In this document: positions 8,723 to 18,837 of the stretch, piece by piece
How the letters are laid out: each line of letters opens with the position of its first letter
Numbering within the stretch: position 1 is the stretch's first letter
Origin: a virus
Taxonomy: Duplodnaviria > Caudoviricetes
DNA length: 64,000 nt
IMG/VR virus record: IMGVR_UViG_3300010327_000802
Location: 9,201 to 73,200 of that record
Direction: 5' to 3' (one strand)
Program-made: the position numbers and the translations under genes
Notes under the pieces: generated by a model
What the model saw: only the letters and a program-made list of their open reading frames with translations
Told to the model about the DNA's origin: nothing
The model's database searches: none

Positions 8723-10522
8723 TTACTTTGCACCATTTTTAGTATTCCCCTCTAATTTTAAATTTCCGTCCTCCCCAACTTTCAAACGGAAGACTACATC
8801 TGCTGGGATAGCTTTCCCCTTTTCTAACCAAGGGACAATGTAAGTATTAACTAATCTTAATTTTTCCATTATATTTTGCCCATCTGCCCATTTGAACTCT
8901 TTTTCTTCTATTATTGGTTCTTTAGTATATTTAGATCCCTGCCTCTCCCCAATAACTACAGGGAGTTTAAAAGTAGCTTCTTTCCCAGTAGGTCCTATTG
9001 GTGGGGGTATCAGAGCTATAGCTTTCCTTCTCCATTCAGAATAAAAAGGATCAAATATAGTTCCCTCTTCCTCTTCTTTCCAATAACGAACCTCATCGTA
9101 ATCAACATTAAGAACATCACTTATTATCTTCATTGGAAATCCTAAATCTCTCATTTGTCCAACCATACCAACTATAGAAGTACTATCAAGCAAGTTAATA
9201 TTTTTTTGCCACTCAAAAGTAGGTAAAATTGGTTTTCTCTCGGAAAATGGTCTTTTTATTAAGAAAGGCCCCCCTAAATCCGAAGTAGTGGTTTCATAAA
9301 ATTCATGTGCAATAGCAATGGGGAGAAAAAACCTTTCTGTTAACACATTTTCTAATAATGATCTCACAAAGGAATACCTCGCCATCAATACTCTCATAGC
9401 TACTGAGGCATTAGCATATGTAGGACCTTCACCATGGGTAACAGCTTTACTAGTAAATAGAGCAGTTAAAACTCTATCTTCAATCCAGTCAAATTCCTGC
9501 TTCAGCGGAGATAAAGCTCCCCCACCCATAACATATTCAGCCCTTACTGTATGATTAGCCACAAGAGTAAATAATGGGTTTTGTTCTGCTGTTTTTACAG
9601 CTTGCTCTAAAGCATCAATTTGGTCTTGTGTAGCGGGCCATGTATCTGACCCAATATGCCACAATTCCTTTGGGTTAATATATCGCTGAGCAATAGCAAA
9701 TTGAGCTTCACGTAGTTTATCTTCATACAATAAATCTTTCATAACACGAAGAACAATCGAAGTACCACGAGTCATATAAGGGCTTTGTTTTCTCTGGAAA
9801 GGCATAATAAAAAATGGAGAAAGCGGAACAGCTTCCCCTTTTCTTAAAGCTTCAATAATAGCTGGGGGGAGTTTCTCGAGAACTGCTTTATCGAGAGGGT
9901 TCATTTCAGGAGAAAAACTTCTCATTGCTACTTGGACTTTGTATTCTACCGCGTCTTGTCCTCCAGCCAACCATCCTTTATCTTCAACTATTAAATCTTC
10001 TGGGGGGATAAGTTGAGCATCAGTAAATATTCCGGATTCATCATCCCAAAAAAGATAAGTAAATGCTTCACCAAGAAGCCAATAGTCTCTTAAAATTGAA
10101 TATAGTAATAGTAACCCCCCACATGCTTCAAATGATTCTTTATAAATATTCTTAATAATTGGATCAGCTACTTTCAAAGAAAACCTTGATAATGGAACAG
10201 TTGTGTGTAAATCTATTGAGTTTCCTACCATAGGATGAAACGCGTCCCAGTGTCTAAGCCAAGTAATAGTTGTTTTCAAGTCTGTGGGCATATAAAAATG
10301 TACCCAAGACAACATTGGAGAAAACCATCTTGGAGGGTAGTATTCAACTGTAGAACCGGCAGCAGTTTTTGCAATTCCACCAGTAGAAGACCCCCAAATG
10401 ATATTATCTTTACTTCCCATCAAAGAAGCCCTCGTAACTCCACGAGGACTACCCAATTTATTATTTATTTTAGAGGATGTTTTCTTAGCTTGATTATTGC
10501 TTTCCGATTTTTGTCCTTTCAT
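8723..10522 (-). CDS. Putative portal protein
   Basis: 599 aa with portal-like pattern (HPMVGNSIDLH, RDYWLLGEAF, PYMTRGTSIVLR, KLREAQ.AIA, L.AL......GEG); position upstream of the protease. Confidence 0.72.
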   Translation of the reverse strand: MKGQKSESNNQAKKTSSKINNKLGSPRGVTRASLMGSKDNIIWGSSTGGIAKTAAGSTVEYYPPRWFSPMLSWVHFYMPTDLKTTITWLRHWDAFHPMVGNSIDLHTTVPLSRFSLKVADPIIKNIYKESFEACGGLLLLYSILRDYWLLGEAFTYLFWDDESGIFTDAQLIPPEDLIVEDKGWLAGGQDAVEYKVQVAMRSFSPEMNPLDKAVLEKLPPAIIEALRKGEAVPLSPFFIMPFQRKQSPYMTRGTSIVLRVMKDLLYEDKLREAQFAIAQRYINPKELWHIGSDTWPATQDQIDALEQAVKTAEQNPLFTLVANHTVRAEYVMGGGALSPLKQEFDWIEDRVLTALFTSKAVTHGEGPTYANASVAMRVLMARYSFVRSLLENVLTERFFLPIAIAHEFYETTTSDLGGPFLIKRPFSERKPILPTFEWQKNINLLDSTSIVGMVGQMRDLGFPMKIISDVLNVDYDEVRYWKEEEEGTIFDPFYSEWRRKAIALIPPPIGPTGKEATFKLPVVIGERQGSKYTKEPIIEEKEFKWADGQNIMEKLRLVNTYIVPWLEKGKAIPADVVFRLKVGEDGNLKLEGNTKNGAK

Positions 10523-10530
10523 AAAACCTC

Positions 10531-11724
10531 CTAGTAAGCCCCTACATAATTTTTCATATAGACATCATCCATAATGTCTTTAACCCCCTTGTAGGAAAAC
10601 TCATATGTTCTTCCTATAGAATCATAAAAAATACCTACAGGGGTGTTTTCTTCTTTCTTCCATGGAATAATAAGCACTTTTTCTATAGAACCATAAGCAT
10701 TCTTAAAAGGAAACTTTACTCGTGCCATTACATATACTATGTCGTTTCCCTCTTGTAAAATATTGGCATACCTTAAATCAGCCCCCAATTTAAACAAATA
10801 AAAAGTAACTGTATCTAAAATACTTCCATATTTATTCCCAACTTTATAACTAGCATTTATTCTAGAAACATCAACAATAGTATTATCGTATTGAGGTTTC
10901 TTAGATCTATTTCTTATAAAATCATCAATTAGTTGAGTTAAATTCCTAAATGCAGGTAAATCCATTCTTTCTATTGCACTAATAAGCTCTTTTTCATAGG
11001 TTGTAAGTTGTACCCGTTCAAGAGGATCTAAAAAGAATCTTTCTTTTGGTAAACCAAAGGCTTCCTGGGGGAAGTTTGCTTCCTCCCTATTCCCTCCAGC
11101 TTGTTCAGTTGCTTGATCTCCTGCTTCGCCTCCACCAAAACCTCTTTCTCCTAAACCACCTCCGCCTCCTAATCCAAGATTACTTAATGCAACTTCATTA
11201 ATTTCTTGTGATTCTTTACTAATAGAAGAAATATGAAAATAAAATTTATTAACCCCAATATCGGATATAGCAGTTACCAAATCATCTACTATATCCTTAT
11301 TTAAAGTACTTGCTATTTTTATCACCCTTTCCGCATAAGTTTGCGGGGGTTCTTCCTTCTTTGGATAAAGCTTATACTTATCAATAAAATTAATGATATC
11401 CATATTACTCTCCTTTTTTGAAGCAACAAAGGGGTTTAAAAGCCTTCTTACTATCCTCCATTCAGGGTTAGTATGCCTCTTACCCCTATCGCTCCAGTCT
11501 GGTTGTAATGTTGGTCGTGTTGAAGGCATTTGCATATTCATATGGTCTAATAAACGTTGAACATACTCCGAACTTCTTGAGTAAGGAGTTTTTGTTATCC
11601 ATTGAATAGGATCCATACCTCTTTTAACTGGAACATTACGTTTTTTCTTTAAATTTAGACGCTCAATCAGCTTTTCATAAGGAAATTCCATATTACTCAT
11701 TAGAGGTTTCCTTTTTTTCTCCAA
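10531..11724 (-). CDS. Hypothetical head-module protein with Gly-rich linker (start may be 11700)
   Basis: Long ORF adjacent to the portal; KIAS motif. Confidence 0.7.
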   Translation of the reverse strand: MEKKRKPLMSNMEFPYEKLIERLNLKKKRNVPVKRGMDPIQWITKTPYSRSSEYVQRLLDHMNMQMPSTRPTLQPDWSDRGKRHTNPEWRIVRRLLNPFVASKKESNMDIINFIDKYKLYPKKEEPPQTYAERVIKIASTLNKDIVDDLVTAISDIGVNKFYFHISSISKESQEINEVALSNLGLGGGGGLGERGFGGGEAGDQATEQAGGNREEANFPQEAFGLPKERFFLDPLERVQLTTYEKELISAIERMDLPAFRNLTQLIDDFIRNRSKKPQYDNTIVDVSRINASYKVGNKYGSILDTVTFYLFKLGADLRYANILQEGNDIVYVMARVKFPFKNAYGSIEKVLIIPWKKEENTPVGIFYDSIGRTYEFSYKGVKDIMDDVYMKNYVGAY

Positions 11725-12184
11725 CAGCTAAACGTAAATTAGTAGGCAGTTCATATGTTCTTGCTCCATCTTCCCACTCTACTAAACAAAGAGGAATTCT
11801 TCTCCTTCCGCTATATTCAATTAGACGAACAACTCCTTTTCTCTTACCAAGGTACACTTTGCTAATAACTACATCTCCAACAACAGGAATAAAGTCAAAC
11901 CTAAAAAATGTAGGATCTTCAGAAAACATTTCATCAAGTTGTTCAAAGACATCTATCTCTTTATTTTTATTTCTATTTACAAAGTCCTCTAATAAACCGT
12001 TCATTTTTAGAAAATTAGATAAACTATCTTCCCCAAAAATATGGATATACTCTGAGTAACCCCCTTCTTTTTTTATTTCAATTAGATAAGGATACACATT
12101 AGTCATAAAAATAACGACATCACAAACAAAAGGAGAGTTGGAAAGTTTTACTCCTTTCTTTTCGTAAATTTTTTCTTTTATCAT
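11693..12184 (-). CDS. Hypothetical protein with C-terminal SH3/KOW-like beta-barrel
   Basis: VVGDVV.....KRKGVV......CLVEWEDG pattern; GGAGG SD. Confidence 0.6.
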   Translation of the reverse strand: MIKEKIYEKKGVKLSNSPFVCDVVIFMTNVYPYLIEIKKEGGYSEYIHIFGEDSLSNFLKMNGLLEDFVNRNKNKEIDVFEQLDEMFSEDPTFFRFDFIPVVGDVVISKVYLGKRKGVVRLIEYSGRRRIPLCLVEWEDGARTYELPTNLRLAVGEKKETSNE

Positions 12185-12187
12185 AAA

Positions 12188-13111
12188 CTAACCTCCTTTA
12201 ATCACTTCTTTTAACAATTGGGATATAACCTTAGGGTCTATTGAGGATTGTTTGCGTATATTGTTTAATATGGATAAAGCATTCTCCCCAGATAATTTAA
12301 GAAAAGTAGCTATATCACTTACTGGAATATTACCTTTCTCAAGCAGCTTAGTAACTATTAATTGAGCTACATAAGGATCAGTTAATACTTCTTTAAGAAT
12401 ATTTACCATATCAATAGACAAAGTATTTTCATTCTCTTTCATTTGATATCCTTCTTGCCCCATGAAAGCTTTCTCTTGTTCTGATATAGGTCTAAAACTC
12501 ATAGGTCTTAAAACTTCCAGCTCTGTACCAAGAATACTATCATCTGCAATTTCTGGGTAAGGCTTAGAGTCCCATTTTACAATATACATTTTAGAGGATC
12601 GAGCAATATCTATAACAACACCACGTTCTTTATTGTTTTTATTATAAACAAAATCCCCTATTGCAAATCTAGGAAATGGCTTTAATTCCTCTGTTTCAAT
12701 CTCAGTACCTTTAGAAGGAACAACCATTTGTGGAGAAAGTTGAGTTGGAATGGGTGGGATATCTGCCTCTTTAACTTTAGAAGCTCTACTTATCGGATTA
12801 AAAGAATTGTTTAATTCACCAAATTTAAACTTAGCTGGAACATACTTAGTATCTTCCCCCTCCAATGTTTCTACAATAGAAGCCTTAGAAATGAGATGTT
12901 CTGTAGGGCTATCTAATATTGGAGTTTCTTCCTCATCGAAAAGATCTACTAAATTATCTATATCTTTATTTTCTTCTTTCTCTAAAGAGGCAATTTTTTC
13001 AAAAATATCTAATTTAGGATAAAATTCTGCCTCTTTTTCATCATATAAACTTTCAAAAGCCTCCTGAAGAAGCTTCCAGTCTCGAAGTTCTTCTTCTTTC
13101 CTATTCGGCAT
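12188..13111 (-). CDS. Hypothetical protein with central SH3-like domain
   Basis: FAIGDFV.....ERGVV......YIVKWD pattern; KIAS near the N-terminus. Confidence 0.65.
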   Translation of the reverse strand: MPNRKEEELRDWKLLQEAFESLYDEKEAEFYPKLDIFEKIASLEKEENKDIDNLVDLFDEEETPILDSPTEHLISKASIVETLEGEDTKYVPAKFKFGELNNSFNPISRASKVKEADIPPIPTQLSPQMVVPSKGTEIETEELKPFPRFAIGDFVYNKNNKERGVVIDIARSSKMYIVKWDSKPYPEIADDSILGTELEVLRPMSFRPISEQEKAFMGQEGYQMKENENTLSIDMVNILKEVLTDPYVAQLIVTKLLEKGNIPVSDIATFLKLSGENALSILNNIRKQSSIDPKVISQLLKEVIKGG

Positions 13112-13113
13112 AT

Positions 13114-13680
13114 TTAAAACCCTCCTTCCTTATATAGTCCTGGGGTTATATTTTTTGCAGTCTTAAACTCCCAAGACGGTCTAGTTGGAATTTTTAATAG
13201 TCCACTTTGGAATTTCTTTAGCGTTTCTAAACTTCTTTTTAAAATTTCTTCATAAAACTCAAATAAAACTATGTCAGTTTGTTCTCCTATTCCCTTTATA
13301 TTTAAGCTAATTGGGATGTCTTCTTTCTCACTTTCTTCAACTTGTCGTGCTAAATCTGGGAAATTAATAGGTCTTTCCTTTTTTTCCTTCTCTAGGTGGT
13401 CTAGTCTCATATAGATTACCTTAATGGATTCTGCTACCCACTCTTCGAAAGTGGACTCTGTATTCCATCTTTCTTCAGAAAAGGCTTTTTTCTCCTGTAG
13501 GTTAACCGCCTCTAGAAAATTTTGGTAAGACATGTATATAAAGTCCTCTTCAGACCATTGTCTCACCTTTTCTGCTAGATAAACTCTCCAATTCTCATAA
13601 CCTTCCCTCTCTGCTATTTTTGTTAAATAATTAATTACTTCACTTTCTTCAAAAATCTTGCCTTCTATATTTATTTGCAT
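13114..13680 (-). CDS. Hypothetical protein
   Basis: ORF with GGGGGAG SD. Confidence 0.7.
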   Translation of the reverse strand: MQINIEGKIFEESEVINYLTKIAEREGYENWRVYLAEKVRQWSEEDFIYMSYQNFLEAVNLQEKKAFSEERWNTESTFEEWVAESIKVIYMRLDHLEKEKKERPINFPDLARQVEESEKEDIPISLNIKGIGEQTDIVLFEFYEEILKRSLETLKKFQSGLLKIPTRPSWEFKTAKNITPGLYKEGGF

Positions 13681-13690
13681 ATTCTCCCCC

Positions 13691-13990
13691 TTAGCCTGTT
13701 ATACTTTTTACAGCCAAAGTAAGATCTTTAAAATCATTTATAAGATCTACCCCAAATACTTGTGAGGTCCATATATGTTCCATAAACCATTTAAGGATAG
13801 TATCTAATTCTTCAGGGGGAATCCTCTTTGGATCAAGGGATTCCTCTAAAGAAATCTTACCATATTCCTGAGCTTTATCTAAAATATATTCCCAAGGAAT
13901 ATAGTCTAATGAATACTCTAAAATTTTTTCTGAACCAAAATATAAGTTCCAAACATTTTCACTAAAAACAGCTTTAAACATTACTAACAC
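13691..13990 (-). CDS. Hypothetical protein
   Basis: AGGAGG SD, in operon. Confidence 0.65.
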   Translation of the reverse strand: MLVMFKAVFSENVWNLYFGSEKILEYSLDYIPWEYILDKAQEYGKISLEESLDPKRIPPEELDTILKWFMEHIWTSQVFGVDLINDFKDLTLAVKSITG

Positions 13991-14384
13991 CTCCTAATTT
14001 TTCAGTAATAAAAGGTACTACAGAATAAACTTTATTTTCAATCTTAAACGTATAATGAGGAAAATTAAGTTTCTTATTGATAGTTACATAGCCCCCATTA
14101 TACATTCGCCTAAAAACCTCCTTTTCAGTTTTAGGCACCTTACCAAATATAATATTTATTATTTTATTAGATATTTCATCTATTTCTGTTAAAGTAAAAT
14201 TGATAGTGTCCCAGCACATTACCCCTTCAAATAGGGGAAAGTCTATACCCCCATTTATATTCCACCTTGCAACTTCGGTTGGTATAACAGCATATTTTCT
14301 ATTAAATTTATCAAAAATATTCACTAATAAACATTCATCAAAAATTTTATTTTTATCTGAAAATAAAATTATGTTTATATTCAT
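13974..14384 (-). CDS. Hypothetical protein
   Basis: ORF in operon. Confidence 0.6.
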   Translation of the reverse strand: MNINIILFSDKNKIFDECLLVNIFDKFNRKYAVIPTEVARWNINGGIDFPLFEGVMCWDTINFTLTEIDEISNKIINIIFGKVPKTEKEVFRRMYNGGYVTINKKLNFPHYTFKIENKVYSVVPFITEKLGGVSNV

Positions 14385-14427
14385 ATCTATTAGGGGGGAG
14401 ACTATGATATCTCCCCCCTAACAATGT

Positions 14428-15111
14428 TCACTCTTTACCATCAAACGTAGAAACGTCCTTCGTCTGAGGTGTTTCTTCCTTATTACCCAACTCTTCTCTA
14501 ATATAATTTATCTCCGCTGCGGAGAAAAACTCACTTGGGTTCATAGCTACTTTTTCTAGGAAAGCTTCAAACGGAAATATTCTAGACATCAATAATAAAT
14601 TTCTATTAATTCCTTCTGGACAGGACATCATTAGATATTGTGATACTTCATACCAAAACTCTTCTGTTTTCGTTTTAGCAAGCAGCCTTTCTTTTAATTC
14701 TTCCTCTGTTAATTTAGACTCTTCTAACGAGTCCTCTTGGTATTCTCTAACAATTCTATCCACAAAACGGCTTGCAATAGTTTCAACTGCTTCTTCTATA
14801 GCCTCTCCAAAAAATCCCTCTAGCTCTTGAATCCACATATTGAGATCTGAGGAGGGTTCATACCCAAAGAAAGGCTCCCTTTCTCTGTTAGAAATAGCAT
14901 AACATAAATCGTATGCCCTTTCTACAAGAAATAGATTATACTTATAGTATAGAAAAAGCTCTAATTCAGTATTTCTTTCTATTAGATTAACTAATTCATC
15001 ATAAGAAAGCGAAGAAGTTTTCGAGGTCCCTAAGGCTGAAAGCTTTTCTATAACACGTTCCAATTTATTCTGTATTTTAATAAATCTATTAGGTAGTCTC
15101 TTATTTCTCAT
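14428..15111 (-). CDS. Hypothetical helical protein
   Basis: ORF in operon, overlaps the upstream stop. Confidence 0.7.
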   Translation of the reverse strand: MRNKRLPNRFIKIQNKLERVIEKLSALGTSKTSSLSYDELVNLIERNTELELFLYYKYNLFLVERAYDLCYAISNREREPFFGYEPSSDLNMWIQELEGFFGEAIEEAVETIASRFVDRIVREYQEDSLEESKLTEEELKERLLAKTKTEEFWYEVSQYLMMSCPEGINRNLLLMSRIFPFEAFLEKVAMNPSEFFSAAEINYIREELGNKEETPQTKDVSTFDGKE

Positions 15112-16726
15112 CTTTTTTCTCCCGATAAGGAGATTTCCTTCTATTTCTATTTCTGTTAAATAGCTCTTTACGTATGTCCTTACGCTCTTTCCCTATTAAA
15201 TCGTTTTCCTTCCCATTTTCTTCGTCCTCTTCCTCTTCCTTTTCCTTTTCTCCCTCGTCTTCTTCCTCTTCCTTTTCCTTTTCTCCCTCGTCCTCTTCTT
15301 CATCCTCTTCCTTTTCTTCCTCGTCTTCTTCCTTCTCTTCCTCGTATTCCTTTTCTACCTCGTCCTCTTCTTCCTTTTCCTTTTCTTCCTCGTCTTCTTC
15401 TTTCTCTTCCTCTTCCTCGTCTTCTGTGTCTATAAATACCTCAATTTCCCCAATACTGTCGGTTTCATCTTCCGTCTCTTCCTCTTCTTTCTTAATACGA
15501 GAAAAATCAATACGCTTATCCTCAACAGACTTTGTTATAATATCTGTAATAGTATCAAGTGTTTCCTCTATTGCCGAAGCCATCTCTTCAAATTTTGATA
15601 AAAAGTCCTCTATAATCTTCTGCATACTTGTATCAAGTACAGCCTCTCTTCTTTGTAGGGACGCATAGGCAGGAGCGGTAAGTCTCCTTTCATACCTTTC
15701 TTCTACTTCCTCTTCTTCCTCTTCCTCAAATTCTACCCCTTTAATTTCAGCATACTCTAATATCTCTATATTATAATCATCTATAAGATCTTTCCATATT
15801 TCAAAATAAACATCCAAAGCTCTAATTACATAGTTTATATACCTCCCGAATACCAACAAATCTCTCAAATAAGGTGAAGCATATTTTGAAAAATGTTTAT
15901 AGGAACTAAGCTTTCTAACTTCGACATAATTTAAAACACTCTTTGCTATATCTGCGAGACAATCGATTAATCTTTCTACCTCTTTTGAGGAAGAAGAACT
16001 AATTATAGATCCAGTCTCAAACCCAATTAACACTTCCTTACAATTTTCAATAATCTCCCTACCAATCTTACCCTTCCCTAAAGCTACTTCCTCTAGGGCT
16101 TCTCTAATTAAGGCTCTAAACTTACGTGCCTGCCTAGAGTTTCCGGCGGAAGAAGCTAACTTCTCAGCAATAGCGTAAACTATATTATAAATACCAGACT
16201 TAGGTATTCCCCCACCATAACTATATACAGATACTTGTAGTTTTCTTTTATCCCCTTTGGGATGGATAACATAAATCTTGTCATCAATTAGTTCAACCTC
16301 TTCAGCCAAATTGTAAAGACTATTTATAGCTTTATCAAGTTCTATTTTTACCTTTTTAGTCAAAGCTTCCATTTCCTCTTTTGTTTCTCTAGCTTCGGGG
16401 TTTGTCGCATAAAACTTTTCGGTAAGTTTTTCCATACGATTGGTTAAATCTGCAATCCTTTTTTGTATTTCATCCTTTTCTTTAATAAAATTATATATAG
16501 CATTAAAGTACTCTTTCGCCTCACCCTCAACTGTGATTTCTTTTATAGTTTCTCCAAGAGGAACAACTGGCTTAGTTAAACGGGGTCTTTCCTCTGTTCT
16601 ATCCAGAAATTCCTTTTTACTTTCAGGAGATACAATTTTTTTCTTGATATCATCAACATCGGCTATTTTGCGGATTATCCTATCCGCATTCTTTTTTTCT
16701 CTCAGAAAGTCTTCAAATCTACTCAT
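15101..16726 (-). CDS. Coiled-coil protein with a very long E/D-rich tract and basic C-terminus
   Basis: GGAGG SD; about 90-aa acidic tract followed by RNRNRRKS. Confidence 0.8.
   Translation of the reverse strand: MSRFEDFLREKKNADRIIRKIADVDDIKKKIVSPESKKEFLDRTEERPRLTKPVVPLGETIKEITVEGEAKEYFNAIYNFIKEKDEIQKRIADLTNRMEKLTEKFYATNPEARETKEEMEALTKKVKIELDKAINSLYNLAEEVELIDDKIYVIHPKGDKRKLQVSVYSYGGGIPKSGIYNIVYAIAEKLASSAGNSRQARKFRALIREALEEVALGKGKIGREIIENCKEVLIGFETGSIISSSSSKEVERLIDCLADIAKSVLNYVEVRKLSSYKHFSKYASPYLRDLLVFGRYINYVIRALDVYFEIWKDLIDDYNIEILEYAEIKGVEFEEEEEEEVEERYERRLTAPAYASLQRREAVLDTSMQKIIEDFLSKFEEMASAIEETLDTITDIITKSVEDKRIDFSRIKKEEEETEDETDSIGEIEVFIDTEDEEEEEKEEDEEEKEKEEEDEVEKEYEEEKEEDEEEKEEDEEEDEGEKEKEEEEDEGEKEKEEEEDEENGKENDLIGKERKDIRKELFNRNRNRRKSPYREKKDEK
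15215..15490. repeat. Low-complexity (TCT/TCC)n tract encoding the poly-E/D/K region, including a 2x33-bp tandem repeat at 15228-15293
   Basis: Seen directly in the sequence. Confidence 0.9.
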
Positions 16727-16728
16727 TT

Positions 16729-18015
16729 TTACACCTCCCTAGTGCCATACTTTCTACGTTTTATATATGCACACATTTTCTTAGCCCGTTCAAGAGACAA
16801 GTTCTTTTCACTCATAAAATATCTAACACACCCACAGAACTTGGACTTTTTTTCTGGAGCATCTGGACAAGTCATTTCTTTAAATGACCCCTTTTCTGTT
16901 TGATACTTTTTGTTCTTTGGTTTAGCGGCTGTTTTTTCTAAATCAGCAAAATTTGTTAAAATATCAGCTGCTTTTGAAAATGAATTAGTTGCATTAATAA
17001 AATAATCATATACCTTGTTAGAAAGGTCTTCTATAAGATTTTTGTAATAATTAACCTTAGTAGAAGCAATTTTTGTAGAACCTATACTTTGATCTTCCAA
17101 GATAGAAGATGCAAGGTCAACTAAATCAAGCACTAGAAGTAGACCCTCTCTACCTACAGAAGAAGCTGCTTTTGATAAGAAATCAGCTGCTTTTTCTATA
17201 GAATAAATTCTCTCTTCATATTCCCCTAATCCTTCTGATTCCTCTACCTCTTCTGCTTCATACAAATCTCCGTACATTTCTCCCAACTCCTCTATTCTTT
17301 TAATAAAAGAAAAGTATCTTTCTTTCGCAACTTCTCTAGCCTCTTCGTATTCATCCTCTGTATAAAAATCAATTATTTCTAGACCAGAAAAATCACAAAA
17401 GGCTACAATATTACCACGCATTCCTTTAATTTTCTTTATTTCTTCATCCGTAAATCCGAAATCTTCATCTTTAGCAAGATAAACTATTTCATCATCAATT
17501 ATTATATACTTAACTGGATGTAAATCATCTGAAATAGAGTAGAGGTCTTCATAACACTCTGAGCTTTCATCTTCTTCAGCACACAAATCTTCTATCCTTC
17601 TCCATTCGGAATCAGAAATAAATTCTAAATAGATGTCGGACTCTTCCTCAGGTTCAATATTTTCAGTTTCTAATATAACTTCAAGGAAATCTTCAAACTT
17701 TGTTTTAAATCCGAGTTTTACTCTAGAAAGTGAACTAAGCTTTTTAGAGTCTATTTTATACCCCCTTCTTTTAAGCTCTCTTATTAACGGAGCCCTATTT
17801 ACTTCACTAACTTTCTTTTCCTTGAAAAATCTATCTAGCTTTTCCGTAATATTAGACCCCTTTTTAGGATTCTTAGCCCACTTAATAAAATTATCAGCAT
17901 GGGTTGAGGGAGATACTTCTCCACTCTCTTTTTCTTTCTTAGCCACTTCGCCAGTTTTACCACCTTGCTTTAATAGATTTTCAAGGTGGGAAAATAATGC
18001 TTCGATATTACCCAT
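16729..18015 (-). CDS. Acidic modular head-module protein with C-terminal C-x18-C hairpin
   Basis: AGGAGG SD; KAAS, KIAS and KTAA motifs. Confidence 0.75.
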   Translation of the reverse strand: MGNIEALFSHLENLLKQGGKTGEVAKKEKESGEVSPSTHADNFIKWAKNPKKGSNITEKLDRFFKEKKVSEVNRAPLIRELKRRGYKIDSKKLSSLSRVKLGFKTKFEDFLEVILETENIEPEEESDIYLEFISDSEWRRIEDLCAEEDESSECYEDLYSISDDLHPVKYIIIDDEIVYLAKDEDFGFTDEEIKKIKGMRGNIVAFCDFSGLEIIDFYTEDEYEEAREVAKERYFSFIKRIEELGEMYGDLYEAEEVEESEGLGEYEERIYSIEKAADFLSKAASSVGREGLLLVLDLVDLASSILEDQSIGSTKIASTKVNYYKNLIEDLSNKVYDYFINATNSFSKAADILTNFADLEKTAAKPKNKKYQTEKGSFKEMTCPDAPEKKSKFCGCVRYFMSEKNLSLERAKKMCAYIKRRKYGTREV

Positions 18016-18017
18016 AG

Positions 18018-18395
18018 TTACCTTTCCTCCTTTAATACATCTAACTTAAACCTATTTTTTTCACAAATTTTTTCAAACTCCTCCTTATAATACTTCCCCA
18101 TTAATTCTAACACAGAGAATATTATTCTCCATTCACTGAGATTAGAATCTCTTAAGAGTTTAAATATAAACTCTAACTCTTCTAGAGTAAAATTTTCTTT
18201 ATCCTCTAATATCTTCTTTGTTAGCGGATAAAGAATTGCAATTTCCATAGAAGTGGGAGTATGTTTATCCAATAAAGAAACTATTACATCTTTTACAGTA
18301 ATAACAATTTCCTTTTCTTTATTTTCTTCATCTTTGGCTAAAACTACTAATACTCTGCCAAGTAAATCTCTTACTGGTTCTTTTAAAAATGACAT
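18018..18395 (-). CDS. Hypothetical protein
   Basis: AAGGAGG SD. Confidence 0.7.
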   Translation of the reverse strand: MSFLKEPVRDLLGRVLVVLAKDEENKEKEIVITVKDVIVSLLDKHTPTSMEIAILYPLTKKILEDKENFTLEELEFIFKLLRDSNLSEWRIIFSVLELMGKYYKEEFEKICEKNRFKLDVLKEER

Positions 18396-18548
18396 ATAAG
18401 CCTCCTTTTTTGGCTAAATATTTAGTGAACTACGAAATATGATTCATCCAAAAATTTAATTTATTTCTTAGAAACCCTCTATTAACCTTCTTTACAAAGA
18501 AATATATTTAGAATTTTCAACATAAGAGGGTTATAATAAACAATATAT

Positions 18549-18836
18549 TTATTTTTCCACCCCCAATAAATGAATATCTATATCAATATCACCACTGTAA
18601 GATTCAACAACTACTTTTACAGATTTAGCATAAGGAAAAGCATAATCACTAGAATCAAAAATAGCATCCTCTTCTAATAAAACTATATAGGAATAGATAT
18701 TATAGTTTTTATAAAATACCTCTCCGTCTGGAGAAAAAAGAAACGTAACGTCTACACTAACATTAGACTTATTTTTCACATAAACAGAATACCTTGAGTA
18801 TTTTTCAACTTCAAATACCTTCTCTATTTTTGCCAC
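18549..18836 (-). CDS. Small beta-rich protein, probable paralogue of 28368..28736
   Basis: GGAGG SD and GTG start; V..Y....VY.K......V....SP pattern. Confidence 0.6.
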   Translation of the reverse strand: MAKIEKVFEVEKYSRYSVYVKNKSNVSVDVTFLFSPDGEVFYKNYNIYSYIVLLEEDAIFDSSDYAFPYAKSVKVVVESYSGDIDIDIHLLGVEK

Positions 18837-18837
18837 A

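Noticed and set aside
15174-15668. Poly-Ser ORF on the plus strand
   Set aside because: It is the antisense shadow of the acidic tract
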